From the NCBI RefSeq assembly GCF_018350175.1, contig NC_058368.1:35404001-35468000 (forward strand): a stretch of DNA of 64,000 bases, written 5' to 3'. Each line of letters starts with the position of its first letter. Position 1 is the stretch's first letter. Below, piece after piece: positions 40,618-54,665 of this stretch. The translations under genes were made by a program, and so were the position numbers. A model generated the notes under the pieces. The model was not told the origin of the DNA, ran no database searches, and worked only from the letters and a program-made list of their open reading frames with translations. Origin of the DNA: Felis catus. Taxonomy: Eukaryota.

Positions 40618-43600
40618 ATAGATATTAATCAAATTTGCAAATGTTGTTTTGTTAAATTATGAAAGGTATATAGAGGAAAGTAATAGGGAACCATGGCAGA
40701 GAAAAACAGAAACAACATAATCAAGTGTCATTATATGAAATGACAGAAGAAATGTATGCCATTTGTATGAAAGACATAAGTAAATGTTTGAATCCTTTCA
40801 ACAAGCCAGGTACAATCACTTCAAAAATATTGGAATGAAAAGAGATTCTCAAAAGAGATATGCATTCCGTAAGGGACTTTGGTAGCAGATATGAAAGGGA
40901 AATTGGTGGATTTTCTTTTAAGGAATCTATGTTTCTTATTTCCAGATTAATGTAAACAAGGAGCAGTGTGCTTCCTTTACATGTCCTTATTAACGACTAT
41001 TGAGGGCAAGGTAAAGCATTAAAAGAAAGAAGCATTAAACAATTCTGAAATGCTTTCAAGATATGTTAGCTGCTCCCAAGATTCCAAGTTATCAGTATGG
41101 AGTCCTACTTACTCCTTCTACAAGGCAAAGTTTCCCATCCTGAGAAACCAAGATTTCTTTAGAACCGCAACCGGTCCAAGTCCTTGGTAACTTCTGAGAC
41201 ACATGCATTTTCCCTTCAGTGAGAAAATAGCTAATATGTATCGTGTGTCAATCTTCAAATAAGGTCCTTCACATTCCAGTCATCTTTGTTAGTTAACATA
41301 CTAAGTCTTCTTGTCACCAACACATGCTCTACTCTTCCCTCTTCCTCCCAAATTTTTCAACTGTGTTCTCTGGAACACCAATCTGACTAGCCACATCAAC
41401 TTCCTGAAAAATGCATCTTCCACTTTGGTTAGAACTCTAAAGTTCCAATGTGAGGTCTGTGAACAATGCTTCATGGGCTCAGTAACATGCTTACAAATAT
41501 TAATTTTTAAATTTTCTTTCTGTTATTTTAAAATATGACTTTTTTAAAAAGTTGCCATATTATAAGAGTATCATCTACTTAAAAGGTCTAGGTTGCTTTG
41601 TGTATATAATCAAGTACTATAAGATCATCACTAAAACCATATTACGATGTCTAGAATTGTTTTCTATTGACAAAAATTAAATAAAAGTCTGTTTTATGAT
41701 TAAAGAGATCTATCATTGCTTACTGTAAGCCTAAAGTTACAGAAAACTTCAAAGGAAATAAATTATAAGGATGCTTCCATATCCTTTGGTTTTACCACAA
41801 TATTTTTTGTGCTGAAAGATTTGTATGAATGGAAGCATGAATCTAGCAAACATAAATGTTTACCTTGAATTTTTGGACTGTTTTTGGTCTTTGGTTTTGA
41901 GTGTTTTTTTTAATGAAAACACTGCATTGGAATGATGAAAACATTACCAAAAATTCGCCAAGCCAGGAATCAAGATTTATCCTTGAATTTCAGTGCCTTT
42001 CACTCTTCACCCCATGCTTATTTACCTTTCGACTCCTATGGATTGAATCTCCTAAACATCTCTCAAATCCATCCATTTTTCTTCATACCCACAGGCATCA
42101 CTCTGTCCAAACCAATGTCATCTATTAATACAGTTACCACAATATTTTCTGTGGCTCTAGAGTTACTCCTCACTACCTTCAATACTGTATTCAGCTAGGA
42201 TGATACTTTCATTACAAACAAAAGATAAAGAAAGAAAAATAGAGACATCACTGAGGTTGTTTTTAAAACTGCAACTACTTACAAATTCTGGAAGAGAGGT
42301 GTCATGGAGGGAAAACTGTATTGAGGTAGAAGAAAACTAATCACTTTGTTTATGGAAGACTAAAGTCCTTGGAGTTAATTTGTACTATAATTGCAAGTAA
42401 AAATACTGTAATGAAGAAATGTGAAGGTGTCTTTTGGGGCAGTGAGAATTTGTTGATGTTTGGTTTGATCTGGTTTTAGTACTATAAAGATTTATTTCTG
42501 TCTCAGAGTTTTCATCTAACTTTGGTTGCTGAGGCAGAGTGGATTCTGTTCCATCAGCTGCATGGGCCAAGCCTGACAGGGATTCCACCATTTTGGTGAT
42601 ACACCATCAGAAGTTTATGCCTTCTTCAGTTGCGACTGCAGAGGGTGCATAGCACACATTTTTGGTCCTTACATGGGAGTGATCCTTTGATCAGAATTAA
42701 TTGGATATCCCACCCGAAAAGCAATGAGGTTGGGAAACATGGTTTTCTATGTGCCCATAAAGAGGAAACCGGATCATAGTAGTCTTTCTATTCATCATAT
42801 ATTCCAGTCATCTGGCCTTGTTTAGAGAATTATCTTACCCACCAACTAAGGGAGACAACCCCATATCATACTAAACACAGAAGCAGTCTATTTCTTTTCT
42901 TGTTCAGGTCACATACAGTCATTTTGATCCTATCCTAAGTGATAAAGACCAGTCCACATCACTCTATCCTATGGCCACCAAGGATAGGTCCTTGACTCAC
43001 GCAATGATTTGACTCATTGCATTTTTGCTGAACCACACTCTTTGTATGTGATGATATGAAAAAGGAGCAATTCCTCTGGGATCTGAAAGCAGGTAAAGAA
43101 AGGTAACTGTGTGGTCTTTACAAAAAAGCTTCCTGCCATTGAAAGAACATATGGAAAAAGTGATGTGACTTCCATGTACAGAATCAGAGTTTCATCTGCA
43201 AATATATATATAATGTGTGGTGATGTAGGGAGCTTCATGATCCTGGGCATGGTAGGAGGATTTCATTTAACCTTGGGGAAGGTGTGAATCATGGCAGTGA
43301 CTTGGCTTGTTTTGTTTTGCTTTGTTTTTTAATGGTAGGGTATGCTCATTTGTCAACTCTTTAGCCAGAGAAAGGAGTTATTTCTTTGTTTTCTTTGGGA
43401 TTGAGATTCATGGGGTAGCTGAGGCTGAGGAAAGGGAGGAGGTGGGAGAAAGGGTTCTGCTCTGAAGAACAGATCACAGATTGCATCGACCTGTGGGATG
43501 GCTAGAGCTAAGAGAAGAAGTCAGAAACCCTTTACGACAGATAATGACAAATGAACTGACTTCCAAGTTTTCTTTTTCTTCTCTGTAATCCTCTTATGAA

Positions 43601-43849
43601 AGCCTCACATATTTAGTAAAACATGTTAGTATAGCCTTGGAGAAGGAAATAAACAGGCTCTATTTATGCTTGAGGCAGAACAGCATGGGGAGCAGACAGC
43701 AGCTTGCAGAGCCATGATAGAAAGCCCAGAAGGGTTCATGAGAAGCCTCAAGCAGGAGTAAAGAGTGAACAGCGAAGGGTAACAACTGGAATAAACAGAA
43801 ACCCTCCTTTTCTGGAGACAAAAATTTGTACTTTAAACAGATGAAACAT

Positions 43850-44250
43850 TTGTTTGACAAATTTATATAGTCTGTGACTAACATTGTTCTAGGTGCTGGG
43901 CATAACAGGTATGAACAAAACTACCATAGCTCAGGCTTCAGGGAGCACAGGTCCCTGTGGAAGAAACAGACAATAAAGAAACAAGCATAAATTATGTCAT
44001 ATGATGATAAGAGCCTTGGAGAAAACAAAGAATGTTTGTAGGGAGTAGCATCTGCTGGGGGAGGAGGCTCCAAGCCATTTTATAAAAGGAGATTAAGGGG
44101 ACCTCTGTAAGAAGATGACATTTGATAGAGATCTGAAGGAAGTTGTGAGTGATCTATACAGATGTCTGCAAGAAGAATGTTCTAGGCAAAGGGAACAAGT
44201 GAAAAAGACTGGAGACTGGAGTGTGCCTGATATTTTTGATAGCTAAGTAA
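43850..44250 (-). mobile_element. LINE-2 3' fragment
   Basis: ATTGTTCTAGGTGCTGGG, GATGACATTTGATAGAGATCTGAAGGA, AAGAATGTTCTAGGCAAAGGGAACA. Confidence 0.65.
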
Positions 44251-45081
44251 AGAAAGAAGCTCCATATGTCCATGTGACTCACTGCTATCTCCATCAGTAT
44301 ATATTGGCATCAAATCTTGTTTTCCACTGAGAAAGTCATTAACTTCATCAGAAACTGAACATGATTGGCCAGCTTATCCTAAAGTTTCATCAAAAAATGG
44401 AAGCAGATTGTGAAATTCTTTACATGTATACCAGAGCTTTCTGATTTTCCACAAGACAAATCATGAAGCATCTGATTATCCTCCATGCAAATATTTATCT
44501 TTTTTTTTTTTGACAGAAAAAAGAGAGACAATTCCAAGAACAGTTTTTCAGAACAGAGTCCATTAATGATTTGCCTTATTTGGAAGCCATATTTAGACAC
44601 ATTCATGTGGTATATCATTTTACTCAAGGTCTTACCTCATTGTCAGAGATTCTATTGCAAGAATATGTGCATTCAGAGAACACTGGAGATAGAGGACAAT
44701 ATAAATGTCATGGTAATAAAGTGTTTCTACAGCCTAGAATTAAGAATGGCAAGGCTTTAACCTCTCTGAAAGCATAAAGTTGCAGATATACCTGTAAATT
44801 AAAAACCAAAACAAAACAAAAAATTTTGAAGTTACTCCTACTCAGGCAACCTTGAAATTAAAACATGAATTCATTATAATTTTCTTACTGACACTGGCAA
44901 CATTCGTGTCACAGTCCTTCTTAAAGGTAGTTTCTTTGGTTTGAGGACAAAGGAAATGATGTTACATGAATTCAGCTATTCAACACGGAGGCTTGGATGA
45001 CCTCTAGAATCCCCTACGCAAGCCCATCTTCATCTGGCAAAGTGAACTATGAGAGGCTCGGTTCCACTTCCCAGCTCAAAC

Positions 45082-45277
45082 TTTTTTTTTAATTTTTTTT
45101 TATGTTTATTTATTTTGGAGAGAGAAGGAGAGACAGAGACACAGAATCTGAAGCAGGCTCCAGGCTCTGAGCTGTCAGCACAGAGCCTGATGCGGGGCTC
45201 AAACTCACAAACCATGAGATCATGACCTGAGCCGAAATCAGATAGATGCTCAGCTGACTGAGCCACCCAGGCGCCCC
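45082..45277 (-). mobile_element. Can-SINE
   Basis: Ends CTGAGCCACCCAGGCGCCCC; TSD CAGCTCAAACTTTT / CACCTCAAACTTTT. Confidence 0.95.
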
Positions 45278-46633
45278 CACCTCAAACTTTTAAAGTCAGA
45301 GGGTTCCATATGTCTTGCCATCAAAATAAAGATAAATGTCCAAGAAATCCTTGGACAAGTACAGTTCTGCATCAGTCTTTCAACATTTCTCTCCTTTCCC
45401 TTCTTTCCTTCCTTCCTTTCCTTCCTACCTTCCTTCCTTCCTTCCATCCATCCATCCTCTCACTCTCTCCTTTTTGTGAATAAACCTGAGTTTTCCCATT
45501 AAGGTTGCTTTAAAGCACATTAAAAGTCACTTTTAAAATTTGAATAGTTTGGAATTATGTTAATTTTTTGGGGAAATGACCATTCCTTCTTTGTATGAAA
45601 ATCAAAGATTGAAAGATGTAGTTATTTGCAGAGATTGATTTTACATTCTGTCTCTGAAAAGAAATCAATTTTCCATTCAACAGAATACATTGTATGCAAT
45701 TTTTGTGTATATATGTGTTTACATGCAGTTTCTTGGGAACAAGTCCGTGGCTTCCATCAAATTCTCAAGTACCTTTCAAAGGAATCCAAAAAAAAAGTCC
45801 AGGCCTACTGCCTGAAAGTGAACCCCAGCTCTGTTCTCAGAATAGTTCTGCTATTTCCGGTGGAGTCTGTTAATTTTCTCAAACTTCACAAACCTCAGCA
45901 TTGGGATATGGTCCTTAATGACACTTCCATACCATCTCTCAGCCATCATCCCGTAGCGCGGTTACCCTTCTGGCGTCACTGCCCTCCACCAACTTTCTTT
46001 TCATTACCCTTCATTTATTATAGACTTTAGAGTCTAATTCACAGTTCTCCTCTCCATTCCAGGTTCTGCTAACATTCCCAGAGACTTGAGCATACAGGTG
46101 GACAATATATCCAAAAGCTGTCCCCAAACCTCCCTTTATTTCCATAACTGCAATGACCTTCCCTCCCATTCTAAATCTGCTGCCCACATCCCATGGATAT
46201 GCCCTGTTCCTTTGTCATTGTTTGAAATGTTCATCTATGATTTCCTAAATGTGAACATCGCAATTTGACAAACACAACTCTTATCCTTTCAATTTTCTGA
46301 CTCAGCTACTCATATAATACCTATAGCTGTGAAGTAGCCCAACAGTTACAGCAAGAGCTCTGGAAGCAGATGACCTAGGCTGAAGACCAATTCTGCCATG
46401 TTCAAGATGTATGAAGTTGACCAAGTTTCTTAATCTCTCTAAGCTTCTGTTTTTGTGTTGTGTTTTTTAATGAAAATAGCAGTTGTTGCTGAATGGATAA
46501 TATAACCCATAACGTTTAGCATGATGCTGCTGAGGAAACATGCCATAAATCATAGGCATTTTTATTATTGTTTGACCTTACAAAGACTTCCAGTCACTCA
46601 CTCTTCTAGTGTCTTCTATATTTACCCATTTCT

Positions 46634-46847
46634 TTTTTTTTTTATTGTTTTAATGTTTATTTATTTTTGAGAGAGACAGAGCACGATTGGGGGAGGGGCA
46701 GAGAAAGAGGGAGACACAGAATGAGAAACAGGCTCCAGGCTCTGAGCTGTCAGCACAGAGCCCAACGTGGGGCTGGAACTCACGGACCACAATATCATGA
46801 TCTGAGCCGAAGTCAGACACTTAACCAACTGAGCCACCCAGGCGCCC
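46634..46847 (-). mobile_element. Can-SINE
   Basis: Ends CTGAGCCACCCAGGCGCCC; TSD TATATTTACCCATTTCT / TATATTTACCACTTTCT. Confidence 0.95.
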
Positions 46848-47594
46848 TTATATTTACCACTTTCTAAATGCATTTGCCTCCCTCTCTGTCTTAACCAGTG
46901 TGATCTTTCACTCTCCTGCCAACATCCTCAGTTCTTTTTCTCCACTGCAGTCTCCTTGCAAAACCCCAGCCCTAGATCACCACGCACACAAAAAAGCACA
47001 TGACTTCGTATGCTGTGCTTAGCATAGCGTTGGTGTCTAGCATTGTGAATGAATGAATATTATAAATTCAAGGCCCTGATGGCACCCTTAGAGCTGCCCC
47101 AAAGTATTACTTCCTAGTGTCCTAGTCATCTCTCTCCTTTTTTTCCACAGCAGCTCTTTCAAACTCTCTATCATCTTCAAATCCCAACCTCTACCACCCA
47201 ATGTCTCAAGAATTGCCATTTATGTATTATCCTCTCATGCCACTGTCCTACTCTACTGGACCTTCTCCATCAGCATTCAGTCCTGCAGGAGTCTCTTTAG
47301 TATCCAAATGAAAACAAAACCAGAGCCCAAAATTAAACACCTTTCCTCTTCACTTCCTCTCCAGTTATTGCCCTATTTTTCTCCTCCTTTCCCATCAAAA
47401 GTTCTTGAAAGAGTTGTCTAGACTCAGTCTATAGTTTGTCACCTCCCCTTTACTACTCAATATGATTTTCAATGTCACCAGGCAATTCAAACCATTCTTG
47501 CCAAAGTTACTTGTTACAACAGAAGCTTGGCATTTGGGCAGCCACTGACTTTTGACCTCTAGATATTTTTCTTGAATGCTTTCTTCCCTTGAGT

Positions 47595-48095
47595 TTTTTT
47601 AAAATAACAGTTTTATTAAGATGTAATTCACATACCATAAAGTTCATCCTTTTAAAGAGTCAGTTCAATGTTTTTTAGTATATTCACAAAGTTTTGCATC
47701 ATTCACCACTATCTAATTTCAGAATATTTTATTACCACCACCCCTCCTCCCCACAAAAGTTACCCTGTACCCATGAACAGTCACTCACAATATACTCCTT
47801 CTCTGGGAAAGATTAATCTGCTTTCTGTCTTTGTGGATTTGCTGATTCTATTCACTTCATATAAATGGAATCATACAATATGTGGCCTTTAGTGTTGACT
47901 TCTTTCAGTTAGCATATTTTCAAGGTTCTTCCTGTTGAAGCATGTATCAAAAGTTTATGGCTGAATAATATTCCATTGCATGAAGATATCACATATTGTG
48001 CATCCATTAAACTATTGATGGGCATTTGAACTGTTTCCACTTTTTGGCTATTGTGAATAAAGCTGCTTATAAACATTGATCTAAAGGTTTTTATT
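47595..48095 (-). mobile_element. Old L1 3' end (L1MB-like)
   Basis: AACAGTTTTATTAAGATGTAATTCACATACCATAAAGTTCA...CATATAAATGGAATCATACAATATGTGG...TTTTTGGCTATTGTGAATAA. Confidence 0.85.
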
Positions 48096-49054
48096 TTTAA
48101 AAACTATAAACAACTTAAACAGCCATCAATAGGAGTCTAGCAAGAAATGTCACGGTATACTCATAGATTGAAATGCTTTCTATTAATAAAAGAATTTCTA
48201 GGTGATACTCTTGTGGGTTGTTTCTATTTTTTTCTTATACTTTATTCTCATTTTTTTCTGAGAACATGTATATGTATATGAGAAAATATTAATGGGGACA
48301 TTTTCACTTTAGGAAGGATTTTATGTTTATGTTATGATCAGATAAAATCAGATCAAAATGAGATCAAACCAGAATCAAATTAATACCCACCGCCCATATC
48401 CTCCTAAAGAACAATACCTTAAATCAGAATCCTTTCTGGGAGAATTAATGGACATGTGACTCTCCGCTGACAGTCTCCTTTTGTTGCAAGCCATTTTGGT
48501 CATTGCAATGGCCTTTCTGGTGGAGAGGAGGTGAAAAGAAATGTTGTCAGGGCATGGAGGAACTCAAATATCTTGTAAACAGTGTTTATTTGCCTTGCCT
48601 ACAGGCTAAAAGCAAAAGGCCCTAAACAAAGGAGAGAGGTAAAAGCAGACCTCAGGGAATTAGGAGAAATTGTCAATAGTCTCTGGTATTTACTTCTGCT
48701 TCCTTTGTCTGCTTCTTCAGCAGCTTGTGTTAATATCAAAAGGAAAAGCAATTTGGTATCAAACTAATGCACTTGCTGATTAAAAAAATCACCAAAACAT
48801 ATCCCCAGTGCCTGGCATGCACCAGAAGCCATCGCAGGAGCCTTAGATAATAAATACCATTATGATCTTATAAACTAACTCATCAGAATCCTTCAATAAC
48901 CCTGTTCAGGGGGATTCCTGCATCACCACTTTATAGGTAGGGAAACTGAGGCCCTGGAAAATTGAGTCCTTTGCTCAGGTCAGCAAAATTTGTAAGTGGT
49001 AGTCTGGGTTTCTTAGCCAGTTTTCTCTATTCTTGTAGGTTCTTTTCTTTTTTT

Positions 49055-49270
49055 TTTTTATAGCAGTTTTACTTATTTATTTAAATGTATTCTATTTATT
49101 GTGGTAAGAACACTTTACATGAGATTTACCTTCTTAACAAATTAGAAGTATACAAGGCATTATTGTTGACTATAGGTACAATATTGTAAAGTGAATCTCT
49201 AGAGCTTATTCATCATGCTTAACTGAAACTTTATACCCCTTGATTAGTAACTCCCTTTTCCTCCTCGTCT
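49055..49270 (-). mobile_element. Short L1 3' end (L1MA-like)
   Basis: GTGGTAAGAACACTTTACATGAGATTTACC..ATTGTTGACTATAGG..ATCTCTAGAGCTTATTCATC..AACTGAAACTTTATACCC. Confidence 0.75.
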
Positions 49271-51191
49271 AGGTCTCTCCCAAAGCTGAGGAAAGAGAAT
49301 AACAAAGAAGGAGACTTCCAAAGAAGTGAGTATCTTGGAAAGCAGGAGGTCCCACTAATCGCTTCTTTATAAAAAGCAAACTTGGAGGTAAACACTCCTT
49401 TGGGAAGCAAATATATTGGGTCACACAGCCTCTGTGTCAGGAGAAAAACTCCTCTTCTGTTGGTTCTGAAAAGATCATCCTAAACAGAGAGGTCTGCAAG
49501 TTGTCTGGGTGACTCTGGGGAAAGTCTTTCACCCCAAAGGGGTAGTAGCACTATTCTTCACCAGTAATCATTAAGGGACCCTGGAAGAAGTAAAGTGATA
49601 ATATATCTCCCAATATAAAAAGGAAATGGTCTGCATGGATTAAAGGAGGTCAACACAGTAAAACCATGCTAGTAAGACATTCAAGTTATTTTTGCTGCTG
49701 CCTCTCATTCCATCCAGGAATCTGACATTTTCGTGTTCTTGCTCCCTTCCTGCTATCAGCTCAAAGGCTGATCTGAAATCAATCATTTACAGCTTAGGGA
49801 GACTGTTTCAGAGCCAAGGTAGACCTCGCCGAATCACTCAGGGGCCCATCCCCAGAAGTTCCTGGGCTAGAGAAGTACATGCAGCTCAAGAATTTAATAC
49901 ACATGTGCAGTGGAATTGCTTGCTACTATTTCCTCTATTTTTAATACTTTTATGGCAAGTGTATGGTTTTTTGCTACAAAGGGTCAACGACATTTTTGTG
50001 GACTGGCATGACAAGATAATGATTATTTTTTAAACATCATTTCAAAGGGGGGGGGTGTATAACTCAAATTTCAAAATTATTAACATTCGTACTTATAAAA
50101 AACAATGTTTCTAAATTTTGAATTACATGGATGCTAAATCAGAAATCAAAGGTAGTTAAACACCACAAACTGCTCTTGAAGAAACATATTTGCCTTTGGA
50201 GTCAGAGTCTGAATATTACTGCTGAAAGTAATGGGAAACCACAGAGGTCATGAGGAAGAGTGACAAAATAAAAGTGACATTTACAGAAAATCAATTTGTT
50301 AGTGGTGTGGAGAATGAACTAGAAAAAATAGAGGTGGAGCAAGCAAATTAGAAAACTCCTGTTGTATACAAGCCACAATACTGCATATTTTACACATCTA
50401 ACCTCACTTTCTCATCATGACAACAATCTGCTGTAGATATTTTGACATTCGTTTTATAGTTGAGAGAACTGAGGCTCAAGGAAATAAAATAGCTCTTTCA
50501 ATGTCACATTGCTATTCAATATAAGTGCTAATTTGGGGAAAGAGAGAGTACAGAATAGGCTTATGACACACTAGGACCTAAGATCAGTTACTTTGATGAT
50601 CCTCTCCCTTGAACAGTGCTTCTAACTTGGCCGATCGCTGGAAACACCTGAAGAGCTCTTTAGACTACGGAGTCCAGCATCACACATCAGAACGATTCTG
50701 ATGATAAGTCAGTTTTGGGAACCTCTGCTGTCATCCAGATGACCTTCTGGTTACTGAAAAAGAAACTAAGCCCAAGGGATAGTTAATTCATCATTTGATC
50801 TATTAAATTTGAGATAGTGGGGGGGCACCCAGTAGGATCTCTGCATAATTTCGCTGGAGATAGGACACCAGAGCTGGGAAGAAATGTCAGAAGTAGAGAA
50901 ATATATTTTGGATTTATCTGCATGGAGGTGATAGTTGGAGTCATGAAATGTATTCCAGGAAGAAAAAGAGGGGGGAAGGAATAGAGACTGAGGGCAGAGG
51001 TGGAATGGGGGGAGGAACTCACAGGTAGATATAACTGAGAGCATTTAGACAAAATCAGAACGAGGAAGATAAACTGCCGTGACTATAGTTTCAAGGACAT
51101 TTGTGTATTAATGATGCCTGTGTATATACTCACTCCAGTCTTCCCTCTGACCTCTAGTCCTAGAAACCCTACTTAAAACACCTCTGTTAGT

Positions 51192-51351
51192 GGGGCACCT
51201 TGGTGGCTCAGTCGGTTACGTGTTTGACTTTGGCTCAGGTCATGATCTCGTGGTTTGTGAGTCTGAGCCCCGCATTGGGCTCTGTGCTGACAGCTCAGAG
51301 CCTGGAGCCTGCTTCGGATTCTGTGTCTGCCTCTCCCTTGTTCACTCTCTG

Positions 51352-51389
<38 letters not shown>

Positions 51390-51430
51390 TCTCTCAAAAA
51401 TAAATAGACCTTAAAAATTTTTGAAGAAAA
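51192..51430 (+). mobile_element. Can-SINE (SINEC_Fc type)
   Basis: Full head and body, (CTCTGT)n(CT)n, A tail; degenerate TSD AAAACACCTCTGTTAGT / AACAAACCTCTAGTAGT. Confidence 0.95.
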
Positions 51431-51444
51431 AAAAACAAACCTCT

Positions 51445-52020
51445 AGTAGTATAAAGATTCTTCAAACTCATCATGTCCCAGAATGAACCCAAGACCTCCT
51501 CCTGTTCCAAACCTGGTTTTCATACAGAGTTCTTTTTTCCAGTGAATGACATTTGTATACTCCAAAAATGTATGGTTAGTATCTTTGCCTCCATATCCAA
51601 TTCATCTATAAGCCCTAAGACTTTACATGAATATCTCTGAAATTCATCTATTTCTCTTCATTACTACTGCCACCATCCCAGTCCAAACTACCATCATCTT
51701 TCCCCTGAACTGCTGTACTTAATCCCTAACTGGTTTCTCTACATCTGTTCTTGACTCTTCCTAATTGGTTCTCCACACTGAAAACAACATGGCATTTCAA
51801 ATCTGATCTTGCCACTCTCTAACTGAAAATTCTTTAGTACTTCCCATGGCTCTTACAATCTTACAAGACTCTAAATGACCTGGTTCCTGCTTACCTCTCC
51901 AGCCTCATCTTGCACATTCTCCCGTTGTTCAACAGACCCTTTACACCAACCTGCCTCTATAGTTTTGCTCACACTCTTTATCTGTCCCTAGAATCCTCCC
52001 AGTGTGCCCCTTCCCCTCCT

Positions 52021-52055
<35 letters not shown>

Positions 52056-52340
52056 CACCCCTTGTCTTAGTTGACTCCAATGCACTCTTCCTGAACACCC
52101 ATATGAATAAATTCTTGCTGGAAACCTTCACTAACATACCTCCCTTTGTCTGTTCCCTTACCCCATTATACCACCTCATAGCATAATATGACTTTACAGT
52201 TTTATCAGTGTGTAATTATACATCTATTTGAGATTATATGACTTTTTCCTTCTTTAATTAACTATAAACTCCCTGAGATAGTATTCCTAATATTAAACAT
52301 GACTCGCTGGATGGTAACAACAAATATTTATTGAATTTGA
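51445..52340 (+). mobile_element. LINE-2 3' fragment containing a (CA)n at 52021-52057
   Basis: Pyrimidine-rich L2 motifs (CCACCATCCCAGTCCAAACTACCATCATCT, CCTAACTGGTTTCTCT, CTTACCTCTCCAGCCTCATCT) ending CAAATATTTATTGAA. Confidence 0.7.
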
Positions 52341-54464
52341 TCTGCTGCATTGGACCAAGAGGCTGTCAACAGAATTCAGCTTAAAGTTCAAAAATCAAAT
52401 TTCAGGATCATGTTGGGGTCAAACTAGAGGAGAGGTAGCCCTAGGGTTCTGTACTTCATGTTCAATGCTTCACAGATGTGCAAGTGAGACAATCTGCCTC
52501 AAAGAAAGGAAGCAAAGACAGTCTACCATCTCATAGTACTGTTGTAAATATTAAAGTATGCAAGACGAAGTATTTTATAAGCTGTAGTAGCTGTTGTTCA
52601 GAGACTTGGGTTAAGCCTATGTAATGTGATATAAGATTAATGAAAGTAGAGAAAGGCTTTCATTCAAATTCAGTGCATAGAACAGTGCCTGGCATGTAGT
52701 AGAGCTCACTAATTGTTTGTCAAGGAATAAGTCGCTTTCCCTCGTAGTAAAATAAGTTAAGTTAATGGAACACTTTGTTGAATGACTGAATCCTAATCTC
52801 TGAAGCATCAGGCTGTCCTTACGGGAATTTAAAGATTCTGAAAAATAAGATAGAGTCACTTATACAAAGGAGTGTTTAAAAACTAAGATGGTAAAACACA
52901 CAAATTATCCCTGTAAGATAACTTCAAAACCTATGTCCCTAGTGAATTGCAATAGCAATTCTTGTCACCCTCTAACTTAATCCTTGAAAACCAACTTGTG
53001 CATCATTTCCTCCAGAAAGCCGGTCTTGACTCCCCATGCTGGGTTAAGTACTCACCACAACCCCCAACACAAATAGAGCTACCACTCCCTAAACTTCTGC
53101 AGCACTGCAGAAATCTCTAACCAAACTTTGTCCTACTGCTTTGAAATTCACTGATGTCTTTCCACCACTCTTTAAGGTCCTTCAGGTCAATGAAATTATC
53201 TTATTCTTCTAATGGTTGCTAATTCCTAACATAGTATCTGGCACTTAGTAGATGCTAAATAAGTTTTTGTTGAAGTGAACTGAATTCTTGAAGACTTTCA
53301 TAGATGGTATCAATTTTATAACCTGATTCACTCATGCATTAGGTTTCGGCCAGTTTCCAGCTAATCCCTGTCCATACCTGTAAGGAATGATAACATATCA
53401 TTTCATAAAGACTTTCTGGACCATTTTCAGGGTACCAAATGTCATTTTAAAAGAATTCTGATCAATACTAGTTTAAATTAGATATCAGAAAATCCAATGC
53501 ATACATAAGTGTTTGCAGTATTTATATAAAGCTAAACTGAACAGTTTCTTCCATTTCCTTTCCTTCGTTTAGCATGACATTTTAGCTGATATCCCTGAAC
53601 TGCTGGGTAAAGCAAATGCATTTATATTAGAGCCAGTATTCCCCCATGAGATTCTGCCAACAGGTGTTCCAGCTTCTTGATTCTGTGTACATTTTCCCTT
53701 TACTTACTTTATTACTAGAATTAGAATTCTTTATTAAAGTATTTACTCTGATTGCTATAAAGATTGGATCTATTTAAATAAATAAGGCTCTTTTAGATTA
53801 CAAACAGAATGAAAATTTAAGGATCAACTGCTCCCCAGCATTGTATGATGTGTGGTCAATAGATAACATCCTTGTGTTTGGTTGTTTGTTTGTTTTTTCC
53901 TACACCCTCACTCAGCTCTGAGGTTCTAGGGGAGAAAAAAGAGAGCCTAGGAACACGTCTTTATATTCACAACTCTCAATATTCCAAACACAGAGGAAAA
54001 CCCTGCTCTAAGAAATTATAGCTTAATTCTCTCCTTCCAAATATGACATACCAGCATAGGTCCATATATTCCAGATAATCCTCTTCAGTAAATAAATAAC
54101 TTGTGTTGGATAACACAAGTGTAACCATGTATTTTTAAAGCACCACAATTCACAGAAAATTGTCTTACAGAAACAAACAATGGGAAACGTATAGAAATAT
54201 TTGATTTATTTCTCTGAGCAGGCACCTCCCCAGAAGAGAATATATTGCAATATCTTTAAGACATATGGTTTGTCTTTGGAGGAGGAGGGTGGGGGTGAGG
54301 GGAGAGTCATTTTTCAGTAGTCTCAAATTGGCAACTTTAGTTACATTTGCAAAAATATTTATGATTCATAAAATTTTTTTAAAGTTTTCTTTGCCATGTA
54401 CTAATCTTGAACTCTCCTGATACTGCTTCATTCTTTCCCAAGAATTTTATATTTTATATTGCTA

Positions 54465-54465
<1 letters not shown>

Positions 54466-54505
<40 letters not shown>
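54466..54505 (+). repeat. (CA)n microsatellite
   Basis: Directly visible. Confidence 0.95.
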
Positions 54506-54507
<2 letters not shown>

Positions 54508-54647
54508 TACTTCCCTGATTGGTTTCAATTGTATTCATTATCTTCTGTCTTTTTCCTCTCCCACATCTCTTGCCCCAACAGAAGGAACATTCTTATACGT
54601 ATTATTTTGGATTAACCAGTTGAACATCCTCAATGATTATTGCTCTG

Positions 54648-54665
54648 CAGCGCCCCCTGCTGGCA
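54648..54665 (-). promoter_or_regulatory. CTCF core motif
   Basis: Minus strand TGCCAGCAGGGGGCGCTG matches the CCASYAGRKGGCRS consensus; retains its CpG in unique DNA. Confidence 0.7.

Noticed and set aside
48585..48645. Plus-strand microexon-like signals (CCTTGCCTACAG|...GAG|GTAAAA)
   Set aside because: Isolated, weak donor, no partner exons found on the plus strand
35900..53390. AG|GT juxtapositions on the minus strand resembling recursive splice sites (about 35910, 44791, 53377)
   Set aside because: Expected by chance in this much DNA; each has a weak donor or weak pyrimidine tract
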